DNA from: Octopus sinensis
Taxonomy: Eukaryota
Length of the DNA: 64,000 bases
Assembly: GCF_006345805.1 (NCBI RefSeq)
Contig: NC_043003.1
Coordinates: forward strand, 80,848,001-80,912,000
Direction: 5' to 3'
Shown: in pieces, positions 51,277 through 64,000 of the stretch
Numbering within the stretch: position 1 is the stretch's first letter
How the letters are laid out: each line of letters opens with the position of its first letter
Made by a program: the position numbers and the translations under genes
Notes under the pieces: generated by a model
Databases searched by the model: none
Seen by the model: only the letters and a program-made list of their open reading frames with translations
Told to the model about the DNA's origin: nothing

Positions 51277-52242
51277 TTGCTTTATAACGTTGTTGTTGCT
51301 TTTATTGTAATGACTTTTTGTTGCTGACGTTCATATTATGTTATTGTTAATTTTATTGTTTGCTGTTTTGTATTTTATGTATTGTGCGTATAAATTATTT
51401 ACAGGGCAGAGACTTGGAGACGACAAATATCTAACGACGATCAATATAAAGATTTAAGCTGTATTTATTTAGTGTTGGATCGACCGACGTCGACGGCGCT
51501 GTAGTATTCCTTTTACAGTCTACAGTCAATCTTAATACCATGTGATTAGATCGGAGCAGAGATGGGAAAATATCTTCTTGAAACAGTCTGGGTGGATTGA
51601 CCAACTGCTAGGCTAATGGCAACAGCCTACTCTAGCAAGTTAAATCAATAAACAAGACCGAGAGGTCACATAGGAGGAGGTTAATAGAATCGGATCGTTG
51701 GTATTGACTTGGGGCGGTGTTGATAATTCAGTTGGCGAAGGGAGGAGGGACTGGTTGAAACCGCAACAGTGTTAATGATGGTTGGAGGAGTTTGATGTGT
51801 GGATCGATCGAAAGGATGGTTGTTTGGTATCTAATGCGTAGTAGCTGAAGTAACAGCGATTTCTGCAGATTTGTTAGAATTACAATTGGTGATGTTGGAG
51901 GGGATGTTGGAGATGATTGTAATGATAATGATGATGATGATTGTAGGATGTATTTGTTTTAGTTTACAAAGGATAGATGGGGGTTAAGAAAATATTTATA
52001 ATTTGCTACGGAGGAGGTGCATATTGTAGGAATGTGGGAAGCTGACGTGTATAGCAACTGGTTGTTACTAAAGCTCTAGAGAGTGGATTCCTTTGCGTAT
52101 CCCAAAGGACAATGCGTAAAAATTGGAGGTGGGACTTTAAAGTTATGATCTGGCTGGCAGCCGGATGCAATAAAGAGGCGTGTTGAATATAATGGAATTT
52201 CATTGGCAGCATACTGATCTAAGAAAGGGTAACTTCCCATTA

Positions 52243-52640
<398 letters not shown>

Positions 52641-53459
52641 CGAGTGTTTATTGTATGTATGAGCGAAATAAATTAGCTATATAGTCTGGCAAATGCACAT
52701 GATTAAGATCCCAATAAACCATCCCAAATAGACAAAGAGAACAACGAGGGTGCAATATACGAATGAGAAAATAGATTTAGAGAAAACGATTATCTTTTTA
52801 CCATATATGGATAAACAAATATTTTACGACTTAACGAAGGCTTTAGTAACTGCTATTGCGTTAAGAAGAAATAATTTCCTATGCAGCACCAGTATTTCCT
52901 TCTTTGAATAGTAATTTTCCACAAAATATACGAGTTAGTTTTTTTTTCGCCCTACCGTATGAGGAATATTGAATGTAACTTCATTGCACTTCTATCAACT
53001 ATCTTTCCACTCTCTCTGTCGTTCTCATTCTTTGTCTCTCTGAGTTTCTGTCTGTCTATCTATCTGCCTCTTAAGCTGTCAGTATGTCTGTTTTCTGTCT
53101 CTGTGCGTGTCTGTCTGTCAGTCTCTCCTAAACAAGAGTAATAGAATGCTTTTGTTATTATTTATATTTTTATCTTCTTGAATTTTGCTATTAGTAATGC
53201 CATTGGTATAGTAAGCCGAGTGTGAACCCTGTAAATGTTTCATTTTATATGGTGACAGAGAAAAGGGTAAGGGAGTACCTGCAAAATTCGTGCAGAATAA
53301 ATATCCCTACAAATTGATTTCACTGATGTGTACACATTCAATCACATGCATTAGCAAAAGCTATACATGTATATAAATATGTGGTTACACCATAGATATA
53401 GTGAAGAACAGACAGACCTACACACCTTACTTATGCATTCATATGTGTGTGTCTATGTG

Positions 53460-53463
53460 TGCG

Positions 53464-53535
<72 letters not shown>

Positions 53536-53775
53536 CTGTGTGTGTGTGTGTGTGTGTATGTTTGTGTGTCTGTGTTTGTCTCCCTAGCATTGCTTGACAA
53601 CCGATGCTGGTGTGTTTACGTCCCCGTCATTAGCGATTCGGCAAAAGAGACCGATAGAATAAGTACTAGGCTTACAAAGAATAAGTCGCGGGGTCGATTT
53701 GCTCGACTAAAGGCGGTGCTCCAGCATGGCCGCAGTCAAATGACTGAATCAAGTAAAAAAGTAAAAGAGTAAAAG
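53460..53775 (+). mobile_element. SINE family B 3' half, starting at its internal (TA)n(TG)n
   Basis: GCTTGACAACCGATGCTGGTGTGTTTACGTCCCCG...GACTAAAGGCGGTGCTCCAGC...GTAAAAGAG; no head seen upstream. Confidence 0.85.
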
Positions 53776-53896
53776 AGTATATATATATATATGTAATATA
53801 TATAATATATATATATACATGTATGTATATATATACGCATACATGCGTATGTGTGTTTGTTTTTTTGTGTGTGAGTGTGTGATTTATTTATTGTGA

Positions 53897-54160
53897 GCGT
53901 GCGTGGATTAATAGTTAGAGCATTCGAGTCGTGGGTTCGATTCCCAGCTGCCCGTTGTGTCCTTGAACAAGACACTTTATTTCATGCTGCTCCAGTCAAG
54001 TTTTGGAAAGTGAGTTGTACGTGTAATTCAAAGGGCTAGCTTTGTCCAATTTAGGGTAGGCGTATCTAAGGTGTATTCCGTTACTTCCGTGCTAATTTCG
54101 CGAGCAGCCGTTCCGTTAATTGGATCAAATAATGCACATGTCGTCGTAACTGACGGAGTG
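53897..54160 (+). mobile_element. Hybrid SINE: D-like head and CORE with a family C 3' end
   Basis: GGGTTCGATTCCC B box, CCTTGAACAAGACACTTTATTTCATGCTGCTCCAGTC (D-like), then TTCAAAGGGCTAGCTTTGTC and GTCGTCGTAACTGACGGAGTGC (C-like). Confidence 0.7.
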
Positions 54161-55017
54161 CTAATACTATATATTATGCACATAAATTATATCTACATAT
54201 ATACATGCATAGATATACATATACATATATACATGTATATATGTATACATATCAAAATAATATTGTTCCACATCGTTACCAACAATCCAATAATACTAAT
54301 CCACATATACAAAAACAGCCAAACCAACAATTCAACATACCTCCCTCATCAGCTGTCCCACAGATATCATTATGGTTTCGACGCCTGGGCAGTACCATTC
54401 AATCCGGTACTGTCAGCAGCACTAAAAGAAGAGTTGAGAACAAGCAAAACAAAGAAACCACAACTTTCAAACACATTTACCCAATGTACAGCCGTATCGA
54501 TAGAATAATTCCATAAGTAAATTACAACCACTCCTAAATATGTAGCTAAACAACTACAGCTCATTTAAGTCATAGAAAATTATAATCCCTACCGTCTCCC
54601 GTAGTGTAATATACAAGTAAAAGCTTAATAACCATATTATTTCAATCAAGCAATATATAGGCAGCATTAAGCACTAATTTTACTAAAACTACGACAAGAG
54701 TCATTTAAACTAACGTATATTGTATCGGTATTAATAGTAAACTGCAATAACTAAATTATATGCTAAATTGTGTTCCATCTGTAAGACAGTATAATAATAA
54801 TCCCACCAGTCTTCCATAGATACTACTATAATGAAAGTTCAAACATTATAAATTTTTTTCCAAAACAAAACAACTGAAATTAATTTTTAAAATATTTTTT
54901 ATGAGTGGAATACATTTTTTCATCATTCAAGAGTTGATTATGAAACACTACATACTCATTAATATATTTCTACTAGAAGTTATATTAAACGAAAAAAAAG
55001 TCGATATATATATATAT

Positions 55018-55239
55018 ATCGTGAAGTATATTTGCTACTTAAATGTGGCGAACCCTTAAGGGTGGATGCTACTGTAGCTTGTAGCCCCAGGAAGATACCT
55101 GCTCCAGCTGGTTATTGCCCTGGGGCACAGAAAGTGTGTCAATAGCCAGATGGATGAGGTGTCATGCTGGGGCTACAAGCTACAGTAGCATCCACCCTCA
55201 AGGGTTAGCCACATTTAAGTGGCAAATATACTTCACGAT
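55018..55239. repeat. Fold-back element next to (TA)n, ~73-bp arms (55018-55090 / 55167-55239)
   Basis: ATCGTGAAGTATATTTGCTACTTAAATGTGGC...GTAGCCCCAG is mirrored by CTGGGGCTAC...GCCACATTTAAGTGGCAAATATACTTCACGAT. Confidence 0.9.
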
Positions 55240-55276
55240 GTCGTGCAGCTACTGTTTATACCTCGCTCAGAGATTT

Positions 55277-55321
<45 letters not shown>

Positions 55322-55983
55322 ATGTATACGTATATATATACACACATTCACACGCACATACATATATACATACATATATGCATATATATATGTGCAAGCA
55401 TGTATACACATACATACATACATACACACACATACAGACTCACACACATATGCACGCACATATACAACAGCCTATATGATTGGTTCCGCCTTGCAAAAAG
55501 ATTCCAGTAACAATGAGTTGGCTGTCCTATGGCTAAAACAGAAGACAGTTGCCCTCTGAACCCTACGTTGTTTTGGCAATAACAGCCACATTGTGAGAAA
55601 GTGAACTTTCCAACAACAGAGACATGACTACGACAGTTGTTACTAAATCGACAATTGTTAAATATCGATGGAGATTTTAAACTATGAAAGGTGAAGCGAA
55701 TATCATTTAATAAAATCTCGTTATTTATTTTCATAGCAAGTTTAAGTAAGCACAAATGTTGTCAGCCGGCCTTTATCTTTCATAAAGAAGTTAAATATCT
55801 TTTGACAACTATAAAAATCTATCAAATCTTTGTCAAAATCGTCGAAATGTCAACTGAAACAAATTAAACAAATAGGTTAAGAATGCTGATATTAATATAT
55901 TTTACAAAGAGCATGAACAAACAAAAGAAGAGAAATATATAAAACGATAACACTTCAGATCAAACACACAGGTATAGGCATAT

Positions 55984-56020
<37 letters not shown>

Positions 56021-56061
56021 CAAATACATCAATACATATGTATATACAGTGTTTATGTATG

Positions 56062-56100
<39 letters not shown>

Positions 56101-56664
56101 ACATGCATACATATAAAACACGCACATACGTACATATTAGTGCATTGTTGTACCACTATCATATATATATGTATATGTATGCGTGTATATATATAAGTGT
56201 GTATATTTAAAAACAGACACACGGTAAATGGGGGAAAGGGAAGAGCGGTGAGAGGAGCAGAGTTGTGAAATGATACAATTGATATTTCTGTTCCACAAAC
56301 GAGAGAAAACAAGTCAATGTCTGCTGAAAAGAATTTGTTTTTAACCAAAGCTGGTGATTTCCTTCGTTAGCGATTGCGACTTGATAAGCCTCACAAAAAC
56401 TGAAAAGAAGTAACGTTGTACAGATTCATGACACACTCAAACATTCAAGAAAATCTAAATCCTTAGCACTACTACCACACTTACTTCACTCTGCAAACCA
56501 GAATACGCATTTAGTCCGCATCACTGACCTACTTCCTTTCTCCCGAACCTCAGATAGGAAATATGTGTTAGCCTAAGCAATGAAACACCCTCCACACGTA
56601 TCTTGCCTCCAACGGTTCACATCAGCAAAACGTCACGTTTCTAGTCTCTGTTATTCAGTCTTGT

Positions 56665-57053
56665 GGAGGCGCAATGGCCCAGTGGTTAGAGCAGCGGACT
56701 CGCGGTCATAGGATCGCGGTTTCGATTCCCAGACCGGGCGTTGTGAGTGTTTATTGAGCGAAAACACCTAAAGCTCCACGAGGCCCCGGCAGCAGATGGT
56801 GGTGATCCCTGCTGTACTCTTTCACCACAACTTTCTCTCACTCTTACTTCCTGTTTCTGTTGTACCTGTATTTCAAAGGGCCGGCTTTGTCACTCTCTGT
56901 ATCACGCTGAATTTCCCCGAGAACTACGTTAAGGGTACACGTGTCTGTGGAGTGCTCAGCCACTTACACGTTAATTTCACGATTAGGCTGTTCCGTTGAT
57001 TCGGATCAACCGGAACCCTCATCGTCGTAACCGACGGAGTGCTTCCTCCCTCC
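56665..57053 (+). mobile_element. Full-length SINE family C with TSD TATTCAGTCTT (56652-56662 / 57054-57064)
   Basis: tRNA-like head with A box TGGCCCAGTGG and B box GGTTTCGATTCC; ~390 bp; TSD present. Confidence 0.95.
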
Positions 57054-58297
57054 TATTCAGTCTTATAAGAAATGCCCAATGCAACCTTAATAAACAATAC
57101 ACAACGTTGGTTAGTGAAATACTTGCTGGTCAGTAAAGTTACAAATATTTTGTACTAACCAATATTTTCTAATAATTTTACTAACCTAGTATATGCAGTA
57201 AGTTCTAGAACTTCTAATTTATAAATCAATGTAGCCCAGTCAATTATTCCTCTGAGTCACAGTTAAGCTTCTAGCTAAACGACATTCGGAGATCCACATA
57301 AGCTACATGGACAATTACATACATAAGTGCCATCAGACTGATATCATCCCATTATCATCAGATACTTATGTAATACTAGCCACGAGTTTTCACATATCAG
57401 TTACATCACTGTCATCAATACAAAAGACAAATTAGTGTCTAACAAACCCACTGTCTCTCATCAGAGAACATGAAATACAGTTAAATATGACAATCAACAA
57501 CAAAATCAGACCAGACAAATATGCAAATTTCTTACCATACAGCCACGCATGCGCCTATATATATGTGTGTGTATGTGTGTGTGTGTGTGTGTGTAAGCAC
57601 ACACATATATACACGTATAGCTACATAGATGCATAGAAACAGATACACAGACACGTACATATATATACACACATGCACACACAAACACACAAACACATAC
57701 ATATATAGACACTTGTATATGCACGCACGCATATATATACATATACACCAGCCTATTGGACAGCATGAAATACGGCTGAACGTCACAATCAACAAGAATA
57801 TAATACTAGCCAATCTAAAGACAAATATATTAGTTGTATTTCCCTACAACTCCAGTGGTCTTTAGGCGCGGTCTCTATACAATATACTTCGATATATCCA
57901 GGTTGGATTAGGATAGTCTGTGTTAGATTTAACGTATTGTTCGTACTTCATTGTGATTGTTTCTTTATGTTGGCTATAAATAAGATCTTGCGTCGTTTTT
58001 TTTTCTCTACTATTGATTGCATATGTGTACTGGATATTACAAAGGAGTTCAACACAACTTTTCCAACATGTAACCTACAGAAAGAGCGTAGTTGCAATAT
58101 GTTAGATCTAGCTGGGACTTTACTAGTCTCTTCTAGGTTTCCATTCTTTTCACAATAAGCCGTCTGAAACAACATCGCACTACACACCATAACATATATA
58201 TATCCAAAGCGTGTGTATATAACGAAATATGATCAATAAATTTTTAGACCATCTGGACATACAATTCACTGTCGCAATAATCTTCATTTAATTGACG

Positions 58298-58505
58298 GGC
58301 GCCTAGCTGGTAGAATCATCAGCTCAGCGGGCAAAATGTTTAGCGTCATTTCATCCGTAGTTACGCTCTGATTCAAATTCCGCAGACGTCGACTTTACCT
58401 CTCATCATTTCGAGGTCGAAAAAATAAGTACCAGTTTAGAACTGGGGTCGATTTAATCCACCTACTCCTCCACTGAAATTGCTGGCCTTGTGCCTAAATT
58501 TAAAA
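58298..58505 (+). mobile_element. SINE family A monomer (short-tail form)
   Basis: GGCGCCTAGCTGGTAGAATC...GACGTCGACTTTACCTCTCATC...AAGTACCAG...GGCCTTGTGCCTAAATT. Confidence 0.85.
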
Positions 58506-58930
58506 CCAATATTCTTCATTAATCTCAAAGTCAATGTCACTACATAAAAAAATCCGACCTAATCTGCAGAAACAAATATGGCGATCCCTAACTCTACAAA
58601 AAACATACAAATAACTATTTCTCTCATTAAGACGAGAAAGCATTGGAAACACACGCAGAAACAACATTAGTCTAGCTGTTCTTATTTGCACAAATAAAAA
58701 TTTTGAAATTCATGATGCAGCCAGAACCTGCTGTTGTAAAAATAAATGACCGTCTGGAGTGTACAAAAAATTTAGAATCTCCAAGCTGTCACACTATAAA
58801 CGATAAAATACGGTATCTCTGCAGGTCTGCGAGTGCAACGTGTGCAATAGAGATCTCATTTAGATAAAGACATCATATAACTGGGAAGATGGGTATATGC
58901 CACAGGAGATCTTTCGATAGACTTGTACTA

Positions 58931-59143
58931 TTGGGTTGTCCGGAGAGTTCGTGCCGACTTATAGTAACTTACCTTTCGACTTACCCTCCCAGGCACCTCA
59001 ATTCTGGGAAGAGGGTATTTTCAAGTTAAAGGAAAGATTGTGAAACAAAAGTTTTCATCTTTGGTTGATTAAAAATGTGATGGCAAGTATTTATTGACTT
59101 TTTCTTTCTTTTAAAAATCAGCACGAACTTTCGGACAACCCAA
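58931..59143. mobile_element. Mariner-derived MITE (213 bp) with TA target duplication
   Basis: TIRs TTGGGTTGTCCGGAGAGTTCGTGC / GCACGAACTTTCGGACAACCCAA, each flanked by TA; internal PQFWEEGIFKLKER is a mariner C-terminal relic. Confidence 0.9.
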
Positions 59144-59549
59144 TACTTTAAGACAAGTAGATGAGGACTGTTATGAGATTACAAGACAACAGCTCAAACA
59201 CTGACATATATTACTGCGGTAAGATACAACGTAAGTGATATGATATATTTTTCTCGAATGTCACAAATATTTCCTATGATTTAGTATACGTTACTAGAGA
59301 TAAATGAACTTTCACATTTACAGTGTTTATAACATAGACGTAGCATCTCACACATAAAGTTTTCAACACTATAATAACAGCGTCAATACATACTTAGTTC
59401 AGATCTTTGACACCAATGATGAAATGACTGCAAAATTTTCGGACATTTATACTCATCCTTTTTCGGAAATTAGATAAAATATTGTATAAATGATGATCTG
59501 GAGCGAAACAATGATTGTCATTTACAGGAAATTTCATCAATGAGACCAC

Positions 59550-59690
<141 letters not shown>

Positions 59691-59747
59691 TTTTCAATGT
59701 AGATTTATTGAAATATAATGCTATGTATTGTAGTTAATGATCATTTC

Positions 59748-59935
59748 AAATTTTGGCGCAAGGCCACTAGCTTTTGAGGGAAGGGTGAAATCGAATATAT
59801 TGACAACAGTAAGTTGATTGATACTTAATTTATTGTCCCTGAAAGGATGGAAGGAAAAGTGGACCTCAAGAGATTTTGAACTCAGAACATTAAGAGGAAC
59901 CATATGCCGACTAAATATTTCGTCCAACGTCCTAT
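59748..59935 (-). mobile_element. Decayed SINE family A monomer
   Basis: TTTGGCGCAAGGCCAC tail, GATACTTAATTTATTGTCCC..GAACTCAGAAC. Confidence 0.7.
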
Positions 59936-61826
59936 TGTCCTGCTTGCTCGCTGCCTATTTTTTAATTAATAATGACACATATAATACTGATATAAAGATT
60001 ACGGATACCTTATACCTAAAACAGTTTTTTAGTTCATCATCCTGAGGGTCACTTGGGGGAAGTACTGCAGTAACTGACATATGGAGACTTACTAGGCCAA
60101 TACCACTTGGTTACTTCACTTTGTCTTTCTAAATTCGAGCGTTGTCGAGTTCCCACTTTCTCAAACTCCTGCCCTACTTTCATTTTGCATTCAGACAGAA
60201 GTTGTTATTCTATTTTACTTTCTTTCTTTCTTTCTTTCTTCCTATTTTTCTTAACACCCAGTCTTTCCTTTTTCTGTACTTACATATTTTCTCTTTCATC
60301 TAACTTCATTTCTCCTGCACTGCTAATGAACCAATTCCACATTTCTTTCAATATGTCTCTCACCCCGCGCTTGTCGTTTACTTTGCACATTTTCCCAGTT
60401 GTAAATCGACAAAACATCTATTCCTATCTTTAATTCATCTTCTTTTTCTCCTTGTGCCTAACTGAAAAACTACCGTCTTTTTTTTTAACTGTGTCACATA
60501 TATCGGCTTCTCTGTAATACATTCGCCTCATTCGTATGTTGTAGCCCTGCATCTTTTACGTTCAAACAAGATAATTTAATTTTTGTCACAATATTAGCTG
60601 TTATCAGATCCATCCATCCTACATAACGGTCTTTTACTATATGCGTGTGTGCATGTATATTTCTGCATGTGTGTGCGTGTGTGTTTATGTACGCAATATA
60701 TGTTTTATATAAGCTTTTTTTCCCCTTAACGCCGCGAAATTGAACAGTATTCTCTATGAGTCGAACTTGTGATGGTTATTAGGCGATAACTGATGAGGGG
60801 CTTGAGTGTCCACGTCATTTGCGTATCAGAGATGACATATTCAAACTTTCGGTCGGAAAAACAGAAATTAGTGGCGGTGTTTCTCAAGGCACAAATTGGT
60901 GGTTGAAGCATTCCTTAACAACTCAGTAGTAAACCACGATAAGAAATAAATGCGAAGTCTTGTAACTGCATAAACATTTTTATCAAGAAAACAAGCATCA
61001 TTTTCTTTTTCTCTTTACTATGATGATTGGACAGATGTGAATTAGACATATAATTTGTAGCACAGTAAATTGAATATCGCAAACTACAATAGTGGTGAAA
61101 AATACCCTATTAGTTTATGTCACCTGTTACTTTTCATAATCTCAGCATATTCTCGTATTTACGTATTTAAATAAGATCTAACTCAAGTTAAATGCGAAAT
61201 AAAAGTAAACTTGTGAAAGCTATGTTAATCGTATTCAATGGAAAACTGAGCAATTTTATAGACTATAGAATAAGGCTGTATGATCTCTGAGACAATACTG
61301 GCCATTAAAATGTAGCAATGTGCATGCATCATTCAATTAAGTTTCGTTGATTTGAAAACTTCGTTTTCATTTTACAATCTTGTCAGATATAATATGTGTT
61401 AACTCAAAAGTACTTGGTGTTAGTCTGTAATAATTTTCTCATAATACTAGACCGCAGACGAGCAATAATTCCGAGTGATGCAGATCATTAAATTTTGTGG
61501 AAATTATGTATTTGCTCTTTACTTAATAACTGTATATATGTTTGAGATCCTGTGTGTATCTGAGTGGGTTAGTAAGTATGTTTGCATGCATGTAGATTGG
61601 TAGGTATCTATGCGTGAATGCATGTATACTTACAAAAGTACATCAAGCCCAGTTACAACTACAGCCGGCTATTACCGGTAAAGGTTTTAGTTGCTAATTC
61701 TGTACAAGACATTGTAGATCTTTAGCTGGGCTAAAAGTCACATTCGATCACAGCACCAGTAACAGTTAAGCTATGTGCAATGGCCATACTTGATAACGAG
61801 TGGCAGCCATAATGCATGTATGCATG

Positions 61827-61922
<96 letters not shown>

Positions 61923-62129
61923 AATAGATAAATGAATTATCTTATTACGGATAATTCGAAAGATAACCGATATCTGGGTAGCAAACTCACAACAGAAAGA
62001 ACACGGTTGAAGTTACGACCATAGGGCATATACTCCGTGCCTTAGTGCGGAAATTTGAAGTTTAATTTAATATAATAAGTATAGGAAAGAATGGAGCTGA
62101 ACGAAGATTTAACAAAATTCCTTTATTTT

Positions 62130-62295
62130 ATTTTCGACATATGTTTCGAAGTCTGCAAAATCCCTAATTCCGGGAGCAGTCATCTAAAAACTTGTTGTGC
62201 ATTTTGTTGGCGAAAGAAGTTCCTGGATTTTCCTGAAGAGAAAGCTGCATAATGGACTCCTTATTCATTCGGAATTAGGGATTTTGCAGACTTCG
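62130..62295. ncRNA. Hammerhead motif split between two inverted partial repeats (Penelope-like terminus)
   Basis: Plus half 62227-62295: ATTTTC CTGAAGA GAAAGCTGC...GCAGACTTC G. Minus half 62156 to 62130: GCAGACTTC GAA ACATATGT C GAAAAT. The halves share a 26-bp inverted repeat (62147-62172 / 62270-62295). Confidence 0.6.
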
Positions 62296-62314
62296 TACTG
62301 TAAGATATTATGAG

Positions 62315-62349
<35 letters not shown>

Positions 62350-62865
62350 ATATATATATATCTCATAATATCTTACAGTACGAATGAGTACTCAGCACCG
62401 TATCTGTTGTATAAATAAAGATATGGAGTCGATTACAGGGGTTAACTAATCAAAGTTTTAGGATGCCAATTCTGTATCTCATATATGAAAAAGAAAAGAG
62501 ACTCACCAAACGTAGTCGGTATCGAAGCTATATTTAATGTACATGTGTTTCGTGAGGTTGGCAGAATCCAATTGCGCGAGGAGAAAACTTTGTTTGTCGA
62601 GTAAATGTCACCTGTCTCATTCATCGGCATTACTCGGCAATACTACAATACGCAGAAAAACGGACGCGTTTATATGCATTCGGATGCAAATTAGAACACT
62701 TAGTTTAAAATTGTAGAATAGAATAGAAGAAAAACAGGAGCAAGGAATAAGAGCAAAATGAAATGCAGATAAGATGGACCAAACAGCAAAAAACGACTTG
62801 GAGTCACGACTTACGAATGGGTACACAAAAGAACCCGGAATTTTGCAATATTATTCACTTAATAT

Positions 62866-63503
62866 GGCGGCGAGCTGGCAGAAACGTTAGCACGCAGGGC
62901 GAAATGTTTAGCAGTGTTTCGTCTGCCGTTACGTTCTGAGTTCAAATTCCGCCGAGGTCGACATTGCCTTACATCCTTTCGGGGTCGATTAAATAAGTAC
63001 CGTTTACGCACTGGAGTCGACATAATCGACTTAATCCGTTTGTCTGTCCTTGTTTGTCCTCTCTGTGTTTAGCCCCTTTTGGGTATTAAAGAAATAGGTA
63101 TTTCGTCTGAGGTTACGTTCTGAGTTCAAATTCCGCCGAAGTCGACTTTGCTTTTCATGCTTTCGGGGTCGATTAAATAAGTACCAGTTACGCATTGGGG
63201 TCGATGTAATTGACTTAATCCGTTTGTCTGTCCTCTCTGTATTTAGCTCCTTTTGGGTAGTAAAGAAATAGGTATTTCGTCTGCCGCTACATTCTGAGTT
63301 CAAATTCAGCCGAGGTTAACTTTGAATTTCATCCTTTCGGGGTCGATATAATCGACCTAATCCGTTTGCCTGTCCTTGTTTGTCCGCTCTGTGTGTAGCC
63401 CTTTCGGGGTCGATAAATTAAGTACCAGTTGCGTACTGGGCTGGATCTCATCAGCTGGCCTCCCCCACCCAAGTTTGATGCCTCATGCCTAGAATAAAAA
63501 AGA
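62866..63503 (+). mobile_element. SINE family A multimer: head, 2 units, an internally deleted third unit and a short-form tail, inside a perfect 17-bp TSD
   Basis: Units start at 62914, 63098 and 63272; TSD AATATTATTCACTTAAT at 62847-62863 and 63504-63520. Confidence 0.95.
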
Positions 63504-63529
63504 AATATTATTCACTTAATTATACATGT

Positions 63530-64000
63530 TTACACTTTTATCGCCTCCAAAGTATTCTCTATTTGAAGTAAGGCATCGGTCCATTGGAAGCAGTGCTGGA
63601 ACTCCTGCGAAGTGATGACTTTTAACGCTTTCGTCGATTTTTTTCCTTCACGTCTTCCGTATCTGCAAATTACATACGGACAGCTTTTATCACCAGTGAT
63701 GACTTTGACAAAATTCCGTATCAATTTCCAACTGTGGTTTCAGTTCACGACACTCATTCAGTCGAGACTGCTTTTGATCTTCCGAGAGCAAGCGAGGCAC
63801 TAAAATTGCATGAACTCTTTTTTTATTCAAAATTGGTCGCTCAAACGTTGTTGGCAGGAGTTCTAGGACACATCAGTCATATTAACAATGTCGTCCATTG
63901 GTCGGTAACTGTCCTCTAAGTTCGGTTCATTAATCATCATGATGTTCTCATTCGTTAGGTTTAGGGTCGCCCTGAACGAGGGTGGTTTTCAAGCGATAAG
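63530..64000 (-). mobile_element. Internally deleted mariner remnant, running off the window edge
   Basis: FVKVITGDKSC (ITGDE motif) is joined almost directly to the C-terminal EFQHCFQW...YFEGD-like block. Confidence 0.75.

Noticed and set aside
56665-56740. tRNA gene (also the heads at 37803, 43960, 47944 and 62866)
   Set aside because: A and B boxes are present, but I could not fold a complete cloverleaf, and each continues into a SINE body, with TSDs where checked.
60783-60823. CTGATGAG...ACGTC hammerhead-like sequence
   Set aside because: The GAA core is missing and stem I does not pair; at best a dead relic.

Overview
AT-rich, microsatellite-dense eukaryotic DNA with no intact protein-coding gene, rRNA, true tRNA or CRISPR array that I can support. 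The mix of SINE, LINE and mariner families looks like an octopod cephalopod genome (inference from recalled repeat families, not from a search). The window reads as intergenic or intronic sequence. It contains: decayed Tx1/L1-clade LINEs (4 pieces); R4/Dong-clade RLE retrotransposons, mostly next to (AAT)n tracts (7 pieces); mariner remnants and a mariner MITE; at least four tRNA-derived SINE families, labelled A-D here; many fold-back elements; and long simple repeats, which explain most ORFs in the track. Three signals stand out. (i) A 1.5-kb cluster at 4.56-6.03 kb of back-to-back fold-back repeats carries type-I hammerhead-ribozyme motifs, including an inverted pair of outward-facing hammerheads. 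A further hammerhead at 62.1-62.3 kb is split between two inverted halves. These are probably Penelope-like or retrozyme termini. (ii) SINE family A occurs as one head plus 2-3 tandem ~184-bp units. Two of these arrays sit inside a single target-site duplication, and the arrays share position-specific variants and a near-palindromic junction. (iii) R4/Dong copies repeatedly abut (AAT)n. Coordinates of decayed elements are approximate.
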